DNA of 8,791 nucleotides, taken from NCBI GenBank assembly GCA_043228905.1, contig JBHGNT010001415.1, positions 1-8,791 on the forward strand, written 5' to 3'. The position numbers and the translations under genes were made by a program. This stretch comes from Azolla caroliniana. Its lineage: Eukaryota; Plantae; Polypodiophyta. The notes under the pieces were generated by a model that ran no database searches, was not told where the DNA came from, and saw only the letters and a list, made by a program, of their open reading frames with translations. This document shows, one piece after another, positions 7,210-8,791 of this stretch (position 1 is the stretch's first letter; each line of letters starts with the position of its first letter).

Positions 7210-7370
7210 TAGACATCCAATCATTTCCAGGGATGGAATGTTGGTCCAAATCCAAGAGTGGAGTTTGTGGGCTATCCGGTGAACTTCAATAGTCCCTTCC
7301 TCATTCTCATAGAAATAGAAGAAGCCTGGAGTTATCGGGATGTCTATGATAATCCGTAGGTGGATGTGGA

Positions 7371-7400
7371 TGTGTTATGTGTTCGATAGGGGCGATGTTC
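7371..7400 (-). mobile_element. 30-bp LINE ORF1 micro-fragment; inverted copy of 6736-6765
   Basis: The reverse complement GAACATCGCCCCTATCGAACACATAACACA matches 6736-6765 at 28/30 and is a direct repeat of 6317-6346. Confidence 0.85.
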
Positions 7401-7581
7401 AAACCCTAAATGAGCAAGGTTGAAGGCTGCTCACGCTCCGTTGCTCCTTGCTACCTTTCTGAGCTTTTCTTGTTTTATGCCTCTTACATTTAACATAAAA
7501 AAGATTCATTAGTTTTGCTATTGACCTTTTAACATCGACACAAAAATTGCATCCACATCGTTAAATACATATTTGCATTGT

Positions 7582-8018
7582 TATATTCTCCCCTCGATGA
7601 CAAACATGTGTTTCATGATATTTGGCATCATTTAATAGACTTACATATATGGATAATAGCACTTGGATCATGGACTTTGTGTTGAACATATATAGGTATA
7701 AACACTTTCTATTTAACATCATTTGGTAGTTTTATTTTGACGTATGCATTTCAAGATATTTGGCATTTGCTAACCCTTTTTATATCCTCTCCCACAATGA
7801 CAAACAAGCCTTTCAAGAGATTTGGCATATAAAGTATTTGATGTGATTTTAATCTAATACAACCTTTCATATGGATTCTTCTACCACAAATTCTTCATTA
7901 GGGAAGTTACTTTGTTAATTCTCAATAATGTATTACTTAGTGACATCCACAAGTATCAATACATGGTTTTACGTGATATTGTTTGTCCACTGAAAATACA
8001 TTACTTTTATCTCCCCTT
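7582..8018 (-). repeat. Dispersed ~47-bp direct repeats carrying PPT-like motifs; possible 3' region of a decayed LTR retrotransposon
   Basis: 7582-7628 and 7781-7828 (TATAT.CTC.CC.C.ATGACAAACA.G..TTTCA.GA.ATTTGGCAT) lie ~200 bp apart, with a partial copy at 7749-7766. The minus strand reads GAGGGGAGAA and TGGGAGAGGA there, plus AAGGGGAGA at 8010-8018. Confidence 0.45.
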
Positions 8019-8791
8019 AACAATATTTGTTGTTTCATTCTTTTCCATGATATAAGATCAATTGTTTCATATAATATAATGTAAGCATCATACAACAAAT
8101 GAAGTGATATTTTAGGAACTCTTAATATATTATCCACTATTAATTCACAACAAGCTAAACGTAATCCTAGACACACTTTGGACGTTTCTTGAGATCAATA
8201 TTCATTATATTGAGATATTGAGGCTATCATTATCCATTATCCATTGCCCTCATTGATTTTATCATCACTAATATTACCACTTGTCGGTAAACCATCTAAA
8301 TGGATTGAATCACGACCATAGAATGATAAATACCATACTTTTGGATTAACTATTTATTATGAGTTAAATAAACCTAAAACAGGGGAAAAAAACACAAGAA
8401 TGTTTGAATAACATTCGCATTCGTTTTTCAATGGAGGAAAATGAATGTTATGCTAGACGAACACGAATTTTACGTACTATGAGATTCACGATGATCATAT
8501 TTTCATTTTAAAGTTCATAAGAGGAACAATAAGATGGACTCAAGTTTGTCTAACATCTGTAATATCCTAAACCCACAAAATCCAAAAAGTTCATTTTGAT
8601 ATTCTTGAATCTTATATTGTAAACTAACACAACCATAGCTTAGACATTTAGTGGTATCAATCTCTAAGATGCAGTATTTTCATTCTACCGCCACAATGTA
8701 TACATCAAAGCTTGAGATCTACCCGCCTTCTAAATCCTTAAATACCTTTTGGGAGCCTTCTTGTGGGAAGTTAATTGGGTGCTTTTTGTAG

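Noticed and set aside
6736-7400. 30-bp inverted repeats as TIRs of a DNA transposon carrying the ORF1 fragment
   Set aside because: The left arm is internal to a longer LINE homology that starts at 6699, and there is no flanking TSD.
8260-8791. AT-rich terminal segment
   Set aside because: No coding motif, repeat or RNA structure could be supported by eye.

Overview
AT-rich eukaryotic (land-plant-like) genomic DNA with no convincing intact gene. (1) ~520-1850 is a heavily decayed Ty1/copia LTR-retrotransposon pol remnant: integrase on +, reverse transcriptase on - and RNase H on + again, which suggests an internal inversion. (2) ~2620-5610 is an unprocessed, intron-containing casein kinase II alpha (CK2alpha) pseudogene on +. 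It has stops, frameshifts, mutated splice sites and an in-frame loss of the catalytic HRD motif. Its activation-segment intron plus exon (NVRVASR|YFKGPELL...AGM) has been amplified into a six-copy mosaic tandem array (~3730-5200). Two copies form new chimeric, stop-free, phase-symmetric 108-nt exon-like units with intact AG/GT. (3) ~5780-7400 holds four fragments of one L1-type LINE ORF1 (DUF4283-like) family in both orientations, creating inverted repeats and a chimeric 212-aa ORF. (4) ~7580-8020 has short repeats with polypurine-tract-like motifs on the - strand. Most ORFs in the supplied track are incidental. All identifications come from manual translation and recalled family motifs; no database search was run.
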